From assembly GCA_028534125.1 (NCBI GenBank), contig CM052817.1, positions 10,108,001 through 10,172,000 on the forward strand: a DNA stretch of 64,000 nucleotides. The letters are read 5' to 3'. Of the stretch, positions 25,300 to 39,339 are shown piece by piece. A model generated the notes under the pieces. That model searched no databases, was not told the DNA's origin, and worked only from the letters and a program-made list of their open reading frames with translations. A program made the translations under genes and the position numbers. Numbering within the stretch: position 1 is the stretch's first letter; every line of letters begins with the position of its first letter. This DNA comes from Lama glama (lineage: Eukaryota).

Positions 25300-25430
25300 T
25301 CTTTTCCCTTAAAACTGAAGCATAGTTGATTTACAATATTGTGTTAGTTTCAGGTATATCGTAAAGTCATTCAGTTATATGTATATGTATTTTCATTATT
25401 GGTCATTACAAGATACTGAATATAGTTCCA
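25300..25430 (-). mobile_element. Short L1 3'-end insertion with target-site duplication
   Basis: actgaagcatagttgatttacaatattgtgttagtttcagg... flanked by gaaggcattat at 25289-25299 and 25431-25441. Confidence 0.85.
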
Positions 25431-25764
25431 GAAGGCATTATGCTTAACTGGAGGAGTAGCCACTGATGTCTGCATCTCTCCCTCTTTTGTGTGTACTCGC
25501 ACATCCTCCCTATTTTTCTGTGACTGTCCATTTTTACCTGTTAGATTTAGGTCTAGATCTCACAGGAGGAAGACAGAGTCTTTTGATGGTCTAGAGAAGA
25601 AGCCACACCCAGACTACCAACTCTTTCAAGGATGGTGACTTTCTCTAGTCTGACACACAAACATGGCATGATATGTGTGCCCTCACACATAACACTCCAT
25701 GGAATCTCAGTTAATAAACTGCCCTACAGAAGTACACTAAGTAGTTAAAATCCACAGGTACTCA

Positions 25765-26122
25765 GAGAATTGCATGTCCTCAAATTCATATGCTGAAGGC
25801 CTAACCCACAGCACCTCCAAACGTGAGTGTATTTGAAGACAAGAGGTAATTAAGTTAAAATGAGGTGATGAGGGTGGGCCCTAATCCAGCATGACTGCTG
25901 TGCTTCTAAGAAGAGGGCACAGACGCGCGCAGAGGAAAGACACACACAAAGACACGAGGAAAGACGGCCGTCTGCAAGCCAAGGAGAGGCCTCCGAAGAA
26001 ACCAGTCCTGCTGACACTTTGACCTTGGACTTCCAGCCATTAGAACTGTGAGAACACAAACTTCTGTCCTTTAAGACACAGTCTGAGGTATTTTGTTACA
26101 GCAGCCGTAGCCAACTAACAAC
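25765..26122 (+). mobile_element. MaLR LTR (MLT1A/B-like)
   Basis: aaattcatatgctgaag...gggtgggccctaatcca...gcaagccaaggagaggcctc...ttggacttccagcc...agaactgtgaga...tttgttacagcagcc. Confidence 0.88.
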
Positions 26123-26184
26123 ACGCCTTTAAAAGAAAGGGCACATTTTATTAATTTTTTACAAGATGTCTCAAAGAAAACAAT

Positions 26185-26211
<27 letters not shown>
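26185..26211 (+). repeat. (AC)n microsatellite
   Basis: Direct read, about 13 units. Confidence 0.9.
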
Positions 26212-26215
<4 letters not shown>

Positions 26216-29200
26216 CCAGGCTTCTTAACAGATGGTCAGTCAGTTGCCCTGTCTCTGTCCTCAGCACAGTCACAGTCCCGTATCTGTCTCCTTGTTCTGC
26301 ACAGGGGAGTGTCGTAGAAGACTGAGCATGGGCCACCTAAAACTAGTGGTCCGTCCTTATTCCTCTCCTGTCACCAGGAATCCTCTCCCCGTTCACTGGC
26401 GGACTGCCAGTTGTACCCCAAAGGCAGGAAACACAGACACCTGACGCCCCAGAAGGCACGTGGTGTGTGTGCACAAGCAGACAGCACGCTGGGAAGGAGA
26501 GGATGCAGCTGTCTCTCCCATGGCCTCACACTGGGGATGAACGCACCGTCCATTCATCCAGCATCTGCTAAGCTGTTAATATGGGTCAAGTGACATGCTC
26601 GGCCAGGCGGGCCAAGCCAGGCAGGACACCAGGACGGGGCTCCTGCCCTCAGCAAGCTTCTTCGGCTTTTCACAAAAAAAGACACCAGCATGTAGATAAA
26701 GGAGGTCCAGGGAGAGCTGGCTGCTGCTGTGACAGAACTAAGGCTACAAGGAACAGGGGAGCCACAGGGAGGGAATGGCCAACCCAACTTGGGGAGATTT
26801 GGAAAAAGATCCAAAGAAGAGGGGATTCTTAATGACATTTGAGATGAGAGCTACTGACATGTGCAGAGGGTGGACTGGGCAGTGGAGAGGGTGGAGGAAG
26901 GGAAGGCAGCTTTCCCCGGGGAGGAAGCCTGAGCAGGAACACGGGTGAGAAAAGTGACTGCGCAGACTGAAATTTCCTCTTAAAGAAGAGACGTTTCTCT
27001 TAAAGAATATAGTTGCCTTTCTTAGGCTTAGAGGAATCTGTATGAATAGTGTTTATGGTTTACAGTAAACAGCAGTAACAGAAGTCTAATGGGCCTTCCC
27101 CTCACATTTTAAACCAGCCCCACGAACTCCGTGGGTAAACAAAAATCTGCCACTGCATGCTGACCACGGAGCGACCACCTGGAGCTGTCAATACACTAGA
27201 GCTTGACATTTAAACGGGAGAAAAGCAAGTGGCTGTGATCTAAAGAAACTTCAACTGGGCAGAAAGACAGCATCCATCGAGGAGAGAACACAACATACAC
27301 AAGAAAAGCAGCAGAAGTGCCTTGTAGGGTTAGAAACATAAAAAAGTGACTCAACTACTGCACCTATTGTTCAGATGTTGCACTTTTCCACAAAGCACAG
27401 CATTCCTTTTAAATTGTTTACAAACGAAAATGAGAAAATTTCCTTAAAAAAGTAAACAGGATGTAATCCTGAAAACATCCATCCTCAAAGGAGGCAGAGA
27501 CGGCGGTGCTGGGCTGAGTGGGAGCCTGGTGCCCTGCTGCATGCTCCAGGGCGTCGTGTTTCATTCACCTGGCCACCCAGAGCCTGAAGCAGCCGTGCCA
27601 AGAACGACCCCTGTGTTCTGTACACAGTGCTGACTGCTTACTAATTAATCCCCCAATAGCTTTTGAGCTAGTGATTATCACCCCTGCCTGACATAGGAGG
27701 AAACCTCGACTCTGGAGGCCGAATGCTTGCCCGAGGCTGTGGGTCAAGTAAAGGAACTGGCAGTCACACCTGTGTCTGCCCCACCCAAGGCCCTACACGC
27801 TCTCCTTGACACAGTCTGAGCACCGTAAAGAGATCTGACTCCCTATTTTTACCAAGCATAGGAGTTAACATAGGAGTTAACAAAATTTTCTCTGTGCTAT
27901 AACTAGTCTTTTGCCAATTTGCCTAATGTCATAAAAAATGCAGAATTAAAACGCATTTAAACTTACAAGAGGCATTAAAATTTCACATATATAGATTTAT
28001 AGCTAGCTTTGAAAATATGTCAATAAAATTAAAAGATTTGAGGATACATTGGTAACCAAAATAATGTATACTCTCACAACTTCAGTTAATTTGTACGGCA
28101 TCTTGATAAAATAGGCAAGGACTATCTCCTTTTTATTTGGATCAAATAACCATAACGTGTTCAAGCAATCTTAAGTAACATCCAATGGAAGTTTCCCTGA
28201 AATACACAATATGTGACAATAAGGTAATGAAATCAGCCTCATATATACCACTCTGTTTCCCTTTCGAGAAACTTCAAAATAAATTCAACGTGGTGACTAA
28301 AATCAAAGAAGCACGATGCTTTTGAAATATGCCTCCTTAAATCACGGGTGAACAGCTGTCCTGTTAGATGACAGTCATGCCATGCACATCCTTGCCACAC
28401 TCTTGTCCCATTTGCCCATTTGTCTCTGCTCAGGTCCTGCCTCTCCAGCCTCACCTCGCTTTCCCCATCCTGTAGAACGTGGCATCTTACTTCACCTGCG
28501 TCTCACCTTCACAATGAGTATGTCATCCCTCTGAACTGGCAATTACACGAATAACAAAACACAGAAAACCAAAGCACACTCAACGTACTTCAAGAAGAAA
28601 TTCTACACTGGAGTTTTCGGCCTTCACTTCTTACTCATTCTGTGTATTTTTTCCAGGGATGAAAGACAAAAATGCTATACACGGTCTTACGTGAAAACTT
28701 CCCAGAGCTAGCTCAGTCTTTGATTTGTCCCTCTTTCTTTCTCTGGACCACACGCTTATCGTACGCTCTACTGTCACAGGGAGACCTTGTGTGGAGGGGC
28801 CTCAGAAGCCTTTTACAGGTACCGGGCAGTACGGCCAGGTGCTGGCCAGGTGCTGTGTGCAGGGCTTCCGTCCATCCTCACCGCGCCCCGCCCCGCCCCT
28901 GCGGTGAGACTCGGGAGCTGGCCCAGCTCACGTGCAGCAGAGGCAGGGGCGGACTTCAGTCTGCAGGAGACAAGGCTTTGAAACTGAAGCACTACTTCTA
29001 CTAAAGACAACTGTCAATCAGCCTCAACCTTGCCAGTGGGCTTAGCCTTACGTATTAAAAAAAAAAAAAGAAAGAAAAACAAAGATTTAACCTAAGTTTT
29101 TAACATCTGAACTTCAATGTTAAAACTACAAAATGGCAACAATTCTGTAACAGTTGGTCAACAAAACATCACACTCTAGTGAAAATTTCCACAACCAGCT

Positions 29201-32200
29201 CTTACCACATTCATCTCGAACCAACTACTCACTCTTAATCAAATGAAAACTACTTGCCTCAAAAGACATAGATAAATGAAAATGCTGGCCTCTTTCTGTA
29301 GAGTGGAACAGGGTTTCCTAACTTTTAAAAAAATGTTTTCCCTTTTTGACAAAAATCTCCTGCCTTCCTTTTAATGCCATTTGAAATGTCAAAATAAATA
29401 AAGTGGTATGGCTAAAATTAAAGGACCACAGTGATTCCAGGCTATGTCTCTCTGAATTGCACAAAGTATCTCCTGGCAACTCTGAATCCATCTCCACCAC
29501 CATCACCAACAACTAGTGCCCGCCAGCCGAGCACGGCTGCTCTGGGGTGGAAGCTGGGAAGCAGGGGTCAAGTGGGAAGCATGTTCCCCTCCGTACAAGG
29601 CTCTGGGTCTACTGCTTCACTCGTCATGCTAACTCCACACGGGGTACAAGGTCATTAAGAAGGACACCGTCCCCCGGGAGTTCAAATCTAGTGCACGGGA
29701 CACAGACCCCAAAGTAAGGGCCAGAAGGCTAAGCACGAGGGTGGGCACTGGGGAGTGTGCCTGGGGGGGGGACAGCACTGGCAAAGATCTGCCAGGAGGA
29801 GACAGGGCGGGCACTAGATGCTGCCAGGCACAGCAAGGAGGAACAGCATGGCAAAGACAAGAGTGCGCACAGAAGCAGTGTGAGCGGGAGGCCGCAGGGG
29901 TCAGCGGTCCCTTCAGTTAATGACTCAGGAGCACAAATCCTCATCCTGGGTTCTAGAAGTTCTCGACAAACCCACATGCAGGAAGCCATCGTTAGAAGAA
30001 TGTCAAGGCGAATGAGTTACTAATAAGGAAGCTTACAAATGCTTGATTCTGAAAGCAATTACTTCTTCAAGGTCAGCTCTATAACAAAATAATTTTTATT
30101 CACCTGAATTCAAAAATTCACACCCCAGGGAAGTCTCTACCCTAGGGGACGGGAGACAAAGGGATTACCGTAAGCCAGGTACCTTCGCCGTAAGCAAGGT
30201 CACAGAAACATACGTAACCTCGGGAAACAAAGCCGTTTTGATAAAAGGCTTCGTAATTATCAACCTACACCTGACATATTTAACACAAGGAATCTATTTC
30301 TTCGGAGGTAAATACATAAATCAAAGATTTTAATTTGTAGAAAGACTATGTGCATGGAGAGGTCTTGAGATTTTCTTACTTCTCTTATTTTTAATCCATG
30401 TTGAACATTGTTAAACCCTAAGCACTTGACCCACATTAACTTATTGGTCCTCACAACGACCCTGGAGGCCGAGGCCACTCCTTGGCCTTTTGCAAGGACA
30501 CAGAGGTCTGCGATGCACGAGGCTGGTGTGCCCTGGGGACCCGACAGCACGTTTGAGAGGTCCTAGCGGCCGCTGCGGGCTTGGGGAGCTGTTGCGGGCT
30601 GTGATAAACACCCTCCAGGCTGGGGTCTCCTGTTCTAGGGGCTGACGAGCAGTACCGCGGCGGGCTGAGCGTCAGCACAGATGACAGTTAAGGAGAATAC
30701 TAATCTGAGTGAGAGATCACAGGGCCTGATGTGGCACAAGGGAGAGAGAGGAAGAGAGATTTAAGGCTGTTTCCAAAGCTAATGTGACAGAAATAAGTCA
30801 CTTGATTCAAAAAGATGAACAAAGCACCGCAGTGCCAAGATCACACACTGTCTCCTACACACACCAGGGAGCGGGGTGGAGGCCGGAAGTCTTCGGCGGG
30901 CTGCCCCAGAACTATCTGACGGGTCCTACATGCCCACGAGGGCGCAAGGCCAGCGCTGGGCCACTCCCTGCTCACCCCAGGCCCCACTTCTGAAGGGGGG
31001 TGCTGGTGCTGCCGCCAAACCGGCCCTGCTTCCGAGGAGAGGGAAGGAAGACAGCTGGAGGTTATGGAAGCTGCTGTCACTGCCGCTACAAGCCAGGGGT
31101 GACAAGCCTCAGATGGGACGAGAGGAACCCCAGCCACGGTTGCTGGGATGCTGAGAAGTGCGGCTCCCCATGGCTTTCCTGGGTCTCCTTAGCTGCAGGA
31201 CTGAACATCTGAGTCACAGTGTGTCACAAACAAGAGCTGCATCACGAGAACAATATAGGGGAGTGAGTCCCCAAACATGTTTTCAGGAAACCATAAACTG
31301 AGCAGGATGCCCAAGAAACCACCACCAGAAACACAGATCTAAGTGCTTGCTCTTAGATTCACGGTGAAATCCTGGGGTGTTTTACTGAAATAAAGGGGAA
31401 ACGATGGCCACGACTACCTCTTTTTAATACTCACTCACACCGAGAAGCAAAGCTGCTTCACATGATAGTTTGATAAAGTTCATCATTCTGCAAGGAACTT
31501 TTTGAATGATTTTTCCCACGTGCTATTATTACCCAATCTGACCCTCAAAAAAGCAGAACTAAGTCCCCCCCCAGGAGACGTGAGATGTCCCTTTCTGTGA
31601 CTCTTCCCACAGTTCCCCCTTTCCCTGCTCCTTGGAGACAAACTCATTCACAGGGCGGTGGGCTAGCAACCCTCTTGAGATGACCCAGTCCAACCTCCGA
31701 ATCTTAGATGAAGAAGGTCAAAGCCAAAGGAACGCCTCAGTCAGGCCGCTGGGCTTTTCCCTGAACACCTGGCATGAGAAGCTACGTCTGCTGAATCTCG
31801 ACCCCAGACTCCCAAGTGGCGGGAGCCTCTCCCTTTCAGTCAGGACAACCGTCCACGCCCCAACACACTATTCCATACCTGGCGTGACACCTGGATCTTC
31901 AACCTGATGAATTTAAAACTTATAAAAATTTATTAGACTCTTAAGATAACTACGTAGTTCTATTCAAGACTAAGTTGAATTCAATTTAAAAATACACAAA
32001 ATAACTATAATGTACACAGCATGGTAACAATGAAATAAAGGACTGCCGAAAAGCCCAGAATTACAAGGTAAAGAAAAGTCAAAAATATACTTTCATTTTA
32101 TTTCAACCTCTTAGTATAGGCAAGGTCACATAAACATATGTAACCACAGAAAAGTAATTTTGATAAAAGTCTTCATAATAATCACAACCTACATCTGACA

Positions 32201-32399
32201 CGTATTTAACTCGAGGAATAAATTTCTAAAGAGGTAAAATAAATAACTCAGTGGATTTTAACCTGAAGGAAGACCACGCACCTAGAGGGCTCGTGAGCTC
32301 CCCACGCGTCTCTTCCCCCTCGCCCATGCTGAGCACCGCTGTGCCCCGGGAGCAGAGCCTCGGGGTGGGTACCACCGTCAGTCTGCTCCTGCCTTTGCT

Positions 32400-32822
32400 G
32401 GAAAAGCATGACAGTCACTGTCCCAGTCCCCATGCAGCTGGGATGGCTGTGGAACTCCACTGGGCCAATGAGACACAAGACGAAGGAAGCATGCTGAGAC
32501 ACTTGAAGCTCTTTATAAAAGGGACAGTGGAAAAGGCGGCATGGTCATCTCCTCTGGTTTCTGATTATAATGCAGATGTAATGCCTGAGGTTGCAGCTGT
32601 CATCCTTCTATAAAAAGGCAGCAAGCAAGAGGACCAAAAGCCAAATTGCCAACCATGGGATGGTGAAGTAGAAAGATAAAAAGGACTTGAGTCCACGCTG
32701 GCTTCATTAATCTGCTGGAACGACTGAGACCTCCTTCCTCTAGACTAGTTAAAAAAATTCTTAAAAGTCTTTTTGTTTAAGTCACTGTTAGGTATTCTGT
32801 TACATGTACAGCTGAAAGTATG
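32400..32822 (+). mobile_element. Old MaLR LTR (MLT1J/K-like)
   Basis: ctgggccaatgagaca...gatgtaatgcctgaggttgcagctgtcatc...ttgtttaagtcactgttaggtattctgttaca...cagctgaaag. Confidence 0.6.
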
Positions 32823-33255
32823 TTTCAGAAATAAATTTCAATTTCCTCCCAAAGTTTGTCTGAACTTTTTAGGCTAACCATTCAAAGTAGCTTGGATCCA
32901 GCGTATCCTTCCAGCATACCTGAACTTCCTTGTGTGTTCCTAATAATTTCCACCCCCTGCCCCTCTCTGATCTCCCTAGCATACCCAAGGGCTAATTTTG
33001 TACATAGTCCGGGGTAAACTGTTTGCATGGGGTTGAAATGTAGTACACTAGCACATTTCCACTAACACATAGGTTAAAGGGAGCTCAATCTGGACGTCTG
33101 TATGGGACTGCACGGTGCGGCAGGCGGAGGACGCAAAACTTTAAGACTACACGTATGTCAGGAGGCTGTGAACGGGATTTAATGTTAACTCATTTCAAGT
33201 GCTCAGACTTGTGTCTAGCATTAATCTTTATTTGGTAAATGCTATTTGTTTTATT

Positions 33256-33425
33256 TATTTTTAGTGTTTTTTTTAAATCATACTTTTGTATTGAAATGTA
33301 GTCAATTTACAATGTTAGTTTTATGTTGTATAGCAAAGCGATTCAGCTATACATATACATATATATATATATTTTTTCAGATTCTTTTCCATTACAGCTC
33401 ATTACAAGAAACTGAATTTAGTTTC
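33256..33425 (-). mobile_element. Short L1 3'-end insertion with target-site duplication
   Basis: attgaaatgtagtcaatttacaatgttag...ttacaagaaactgaatttagtttc flanked by ctatttgttttatt at 33242-33255 and 33426-33439. Confidence 0.85.
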
Positions 33426-34119
33426 CTATTTGTTTTATTATTAACACAGAAATGGAAGCCAGAGGTGGAATATAACTGGCCAAGCCAAGTAGGGTATGGA
33501 GCAGTATAAATCACTCACCAGGAATCTCCTCTCCAGGAAACTGGTGATCCCTGCCTGGTTCCACCAAGCACCTGGTTAAAGTGACCATTGCCTGCCCTAA
33601 CTGTAAGCTCCAGCCATGGGGCTGCTGAGGCCAGTCCTGAGGGCTTGGCAGAAAATGTCAGGGTGGTAGGGTGTGTTATCTCTATGGCCATCAGCTCATG
33701 AAAGAGATAAGCTTTACCCTAAGACAGCTGGCTAAAAGGAAGAAGAGAAGAAAATAGTTTTCTCTAAAGGTTCTTTCTGCCTGAGGTCAGCAAAACCAAG
33801 AAGGCTGAGGGTCAGAAAACCATGCCCCTTGCAGGGTTAGAAAAATCAAGTTTATTAGCAAGCAAAGCAGGAAGATTAAAAGTATAACGTAAGCTCAAAG
33901 TGGGGCATAGGGGAACCTTGAAAACCAGTCCTCTCCCTATCACTTCCTGCTGTCCTTGGCCCAAGGCGACAGCTACCTCTACTGCAAGCAAGACCTCCTC
34001 TGGAATGCATCCTGAGGACAAGAAACCTTTCAGATGTCCCTGTTCTCCCAGGGCAGGGCACTCCAGAATTGCTGAAGCAAGGCTGGTAAAACACTTTTAA
34101 AACACCTATATAAGGCTTA

Positions 34120-34260
34120 CCACATAATTAACATACAGGTGAGAAAACTGAGGCACACGGACAGAAGTGAATTGGTCAAAGCCTCAAGGAACTTGAGCCA
34201 AGATTCAAATCCAGGCAGCTCAGCTTTAGAATTCATGCCCTCAATCTCTCCGCTATCCTG
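34120..34260 (-). mobile_element. MIR SINE
   Basis: tacaggtgagaaaactgaggcac...gagccaagattcaaatccaggcag. Confidence 0.65.
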
Positions 34261-37200
34261 GCTCTCAGTACAGGATACAGATAAAGTACAGTTCAGCCTT
34301 CTCGGTTGTATCAAAGAGAAACACACAGCCCCTGAAAGGGACCACGTAAGCAATTAGCAGATCCAGGACAAGAACCCAAAAGGTGTGTGTGCAGAAGGGA
34401 AAAGGGATTTGCAGAGAAAAAAAGAAATGCTGCCCCAAAGTCAACAAAATACTCCAAAATTTCACACCCTTACATTAGATTGAGAAGTTCAAATGTAAAG
34501 AAGTGATAATAATTAGAAATACTACTTTAAATATATGAGAAATTCATCTTTATTAAATGTCAAGTATAACGTGTTTATCCACTGACAATATTACACAAAA
34601 ACCTTGGGATTTTTTTTTTTTTTACAATCATTAAACAGCTCTAGTAAGAGATACTGAGTTGACCTTTCTCTTGACTTCAAAGTATAAGCATTAATTACAC
34701 GTTTTACCATATTTGCAACCCCTGAACAAGCAAAGTACTCCTTAATTATCAAGTTTCTCTTCCCAAAAAGGTTAGGTGAAAATGCCATGCGTTTACCCAA
34801 AAGAAACACGAACAACAACAAAAGTGAGTGAGGCATTACGTTTAGAGTAGACAACGTAAACACAAAGGAAACAGGAAAAGTCAGTTAGGTTGCTATCGTA
34901 ACAGAAGCCTGAAGTGGACCCCCTCATATAAAATAAAGGCCATGGGGATGGCAGAGTGAATTCATGCTGTTAAGACAGATATTTAAGCCCGGAATTAAAC
35001 AGAGATCTAACTCTGTTTTCCTCTGTGCCTCAGTGAGTCCTAAAAGAAAAAACTGCTCTAAACTGAAAAAGACAACATTCTTTCATACGTTCAAGCAATG
35101 AAACTTCTAAAGTGCTGTTCTAAGAGACTACACCAAAATTTCCCAAATAGGACTAAAGCCAAAAGCCCCTCTCATGGGAAGCAGGATTAGAGAACAATCA
35201 CAACTGTGCATAAGCAGTGTTCCTTCAGCTTTTCTGACGGGATGCATTTTACCCACATACAAACGAAACCAAAGTTCCAAGAAAAAACACTTTCCCTTAG
35301 GATGGGCAATGAATGTAATCGGACACTTTTTCTATTCTTTAAAAAAGAAAAAAAAAAGCCTAATTGATTACAATTGACCATGCAGGTTACTCCCCCATCA
35401 GTGGTCCCACAACAGACCACAGGTAGAAAAACTGGTTTTTACTGAAGCCTCATCAAGACCCGCAGGGATTTTCCCCAGAAGACATCTTAACACTCAGAAT
35501 AAAACACACGAAATGCTTACAAATGTCTGTAAGGAAGCTACCCAGAAACGTGCTTATTTCAATGTTGCTAATAAAGAAGAGAGAAGGACGTGTGTGCTGA
35601 ACCTGCCTCTGAAGAGGTTGACAAAATTCTGAGGGCTCATTTTCCTGTCACAGGTGGGCAGTACAAGAGGGAGGACGGACAACTGCCTGCTTTGAGGCAG
35701 CCCCCTGGGTGTGTCCATAAAGTTTGGCTGTGGATTGTGGGCAAATCCCCCTGTGCTCTCCCCAGAGGAAAATGGGAGTACACACCTGCTCAGACAGGTG
35801 GGAGGAAAAAACTTCCCTCCTGGAGGCTGACACCAGGGGGTGAAAACTGCACTAGGCTGGCACTGCCCCGTCCGAGAGCCCGGCAGTGCCCTCTGCAGCA
35901 TCCTCACACTTCCTGCCCGGGGCTTACCACTGGAAAAAGTGAGCTCGAAAAGCTGGTTGAAGTGTTTAAAGAGAGACACATGAATAACTTAATTTTCTGT
36001 TTTGTTTTGTTTTTTGCAAGCAGAAGAACACTGTCCCCGAGGCCCCTCCTGGACAAAATCTTACAGCAACTCCAATGATAAAGATGCTGCTGCACTTGCA
36101 GAGGAGGGTCACCGGGACGCCCCCCTCATTTCCAGCCCGTCTGCTCCTCCACAGAACCCCAGAACTCCCTAGAAAAGCAGCAAGACAATAATAAAAGCAC
36201 ATTTAATGATCCTGACCAAAGGCAACAAACTGTTTCACAGTCTCAAATGTCAGCCTGACCCCCAGCTCTCTAAATCCCACCTTAACACAGAACTCCCCAA
36301 AGCTTCCGCAGGCAGCACGCCACCGAGAGTGTACGTAAAGCCTCATTTCTCAAGCTGTCACTCCAAATCTGACTCCCTTCCTTCCACCAAACTGATGGAC
36401 TTCCAGAAATAAAGAACATCAGCCAAACCACCTGCATCCTTCTGCACATTGTCCACCGCACCTCCTGTTACGACAATGCACGGAGTCTGAGAGCTGCTCC
36501 AATAGAGAGCATGATTCTAAGGAAGCGGTTGGAACATCACAAGTTTTGTGTTACTATAAAAGTATGAAAATGTACTGCAATATAGCTGCAGCTGAATTAT
36601 TTCTTAATTCTCTGCTTCTTATAAGGAATTTCAGAATTGTTCAGACTCGACTCTAGCGACACAGAGGGAAAAGAGCCACCTTCCTGTCTGACGGGTCCTG
36701 ATGCACCGAGATGCAGTCGAGGGAGGACGGTGTGTAGCAGTTAGTGTCGCGGTTACTGAGCTCGTCCTGTGCCGTGATGTTTTCTGTGAGGAAGGTCAAG
36801 TGAATCTCCTTTTTTCTTTTTTTGGGGAAGAGACCGTCATTTAATGTTTCTGAATATGAGGGCTTTTGGAGAAACTGAAGTCTTAAAAAACAGCTGAAAT
36901 AATTTATATCACGTTGAATGGAAAAACAAAAAAACCCTGATTCTAGTAAAACAAAATTGAAGAGAACTAAAGAAGTGAGTGGAGAGTAATTCCATGGAAA
37001 AAGCTATTTGGATGGGACACAAACGGAAATATGGTAAGTTTAATAAGTAGCAAAGTTACAAATCACTGGATGTAACACTAAAAATACACTTTTAAAAGAC
37101 TCTTCCTGTATGGGAATTCCTATCCCCCAATATATTTAATTACTTACGATCACATTATTTCCAGTATTTTAAAAGCCAACTCAAGCTGTTCACAAATTTT

Positions 37201-37265
37201 TTTTTATAGAATTAACATGTTGACATAACTTTCAAAATGATGTCCAGTAATTTAAAAAAAAGTAC

Positions 37266-37396
37266 CTTTTCCAATTCTCTTGGTATTCGCATACAAGTGT
37301 ACACTCTTTCTCTTCTTTCTGTATACTTGGCCTCATTATGTTCAAGGAAGTACCCTCTGGTTAGTTCAGCACCGAGGAACCTCAACAATGAAAGCT
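37266..37396 (-). CDS. TAPT1: TAPT1 exon 2 (131 nt, ELSLLRFLGAELTRGYFLEHNEAKYTERRERVYTCMRIPRELEK)
   Basis: Acceptor ttttttcccatag|, donor AAG|gtactt; phase 1 to 0. Confidence 0.97.
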
Positions 37397-39339
37397 CTAT
37401 GGGAAAAAAAATGACACAAAACAAAAAGGACAGTGTTTATCAAGGAACTTACATGCTAGCTGGGGCCACAGGTAATACATACGTATAACAACAGAATAAA
37501 ACAAAGTCATCTGTAATTCTGTGCCCAAAAACGAACTGCACACAAACCATTAGCAAAGATTGTTGAGAAAAGCGCTGCTCTGTGTGATATAAACTGAAAA
37601 TGTCACAGGAATGTAGAAGGGACGATTACCATGACCCAGAATAGTCAGAAAAGGGTTTTGTGAGAGCCTAGTCCTGGGCCTCTGCAGGTGATACGGGACC
37701 TGGACTGATGGAGAGATCAAGTAATGTTCAAGTAAAAACAGTACCTGTCAAGTATACATAAAATAGAGATATTCACACACACGCACACACAAAATCAAAA
37801 GGGAGCCAAGTCACCTAAAAGGCGTTGCTCCAGTCCAGGAACTATCCTGGGTGAACTACATGGATGCTGGTGCAAGTTCGTCCTTCTTCAGCTTCTGAGA
37901 TTGTGCAAGTGCCTAAAGAATGCCGTTTCTCTAGGTGACGGCTTCCCAGCATGACGATGATCCTAAGTCATACAGGGCAGACCCTCAACCCACTCTGAAA
38001 GGCCTCCCTTTCCTTGGATTCGTCCACCTGTTTCCTCCGTTTCTCTGATGTTCACCCACCGTCATCTTGTCTCAGATGAGGCAAGAAAGGTCAAGGAGGT
38101 TGAATACTTTCCACCCGGCTGCATCTGGCAGACTTGAGATGAGAAGGTAAGGTTGTTAATGCCTAACCCCAATTATTCCCAACATGTGGCACTCCCCCGA
38201 TGGCCATCACCTCCGTGGCCTCTCAGTACTCCTGACTCCATGTACTTCTTCCTACTCTCACTCTCTCTGAGGCCACACTCTCCTCCAGAACTCAGGATGC
38301 CGAGGGTTTCACACTGTCCTCTTTGCTATAAGTTGGCCTTGTGGTCCTTTTGCCAAATACAGTATTGGTGTTCCCTCCAAAAAATGACAGAGAAGAAGCT
38401 GATTTCCTTTATGACTATTGACCTAAGGAGTTCTGTTTTATGTGAGTGCTAGGATTTAAGGCGGCAGAGGTGGGGAAGAGAGTGTAGAGACAAAAATACA
38501 CTCAGAAGCAGACCACTGTCCCCCAGTGGGCCCAAAACGCTTGCTTCCGCCAGCGCTGGGACAGACCAACAGTTCTTTAAGGATCATGTGAAGTGGCTTG
38601 CTTGTGTACAGAGGTTATAGCTTCTCCCCCAAATTACACATATACACACGTTTCTTTAAATACAAGATTCATAATCTATTTAGAGAGTTAGCGGTACCTT
38701 GAGAGCTACGTGGAGCCTGAAACAGATGGAGAGGAAAGCGGACGTCCGCCCCCTCCAGCCCAGAGCAGGGGCAGGCCAAGTCGCCCAGGGCGCCAGGGGC
38801 TCTCAGTGCATTCACTCAGGACACAGCTCTCTGAACTATCCCCTGCACTCTGAGCGTGCCCCGTACACAAGATGTGAACGTTACTGCAGATACTACAGAT
38901 GTTCAGATTAAAAGGCCTCAGTATAACAGAATCCGTGTAGAGTAAAACTTCCAGTTAGGAAACTTCTAATATGTTGCTGGCTGGCTATATCCAGAACACG
39001 ATCTGCATGTGAAGGAGAGAAAAACTCTTTTGAGCTGCAAACAAGAACAGCTATAACTAAAAAAAATGATCAAACCATTATACTCTTACTCAGCTCATTT
39101 TTCAAATAGAAAGAAAGGGATGTTCCAATTACCTAAAATCTATAAATATCAATTCTTTCATGTAAAAATCAGGAAGCAAGATGACATTCAGAAGGCAGAA
39201 GAAACACCAATTTTCACTGACGCCAGTGAGCTGAGTCACGAGCCCCAAAAGCCACTCCACCAGAACCCCGAGCAGCACCCGCCCGGCGGCGGGGCTCCCA
39301 CGGCCTGGCACCTCCCCCAGCGGCGTTCTGCTCTTTGAC

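Noticed and set aside
27858..27883. 12-bp tandem duplication cataggagttaa x2
   Set aside because: Ordinary slippage micro-duplication, not a repeat-spacer array.
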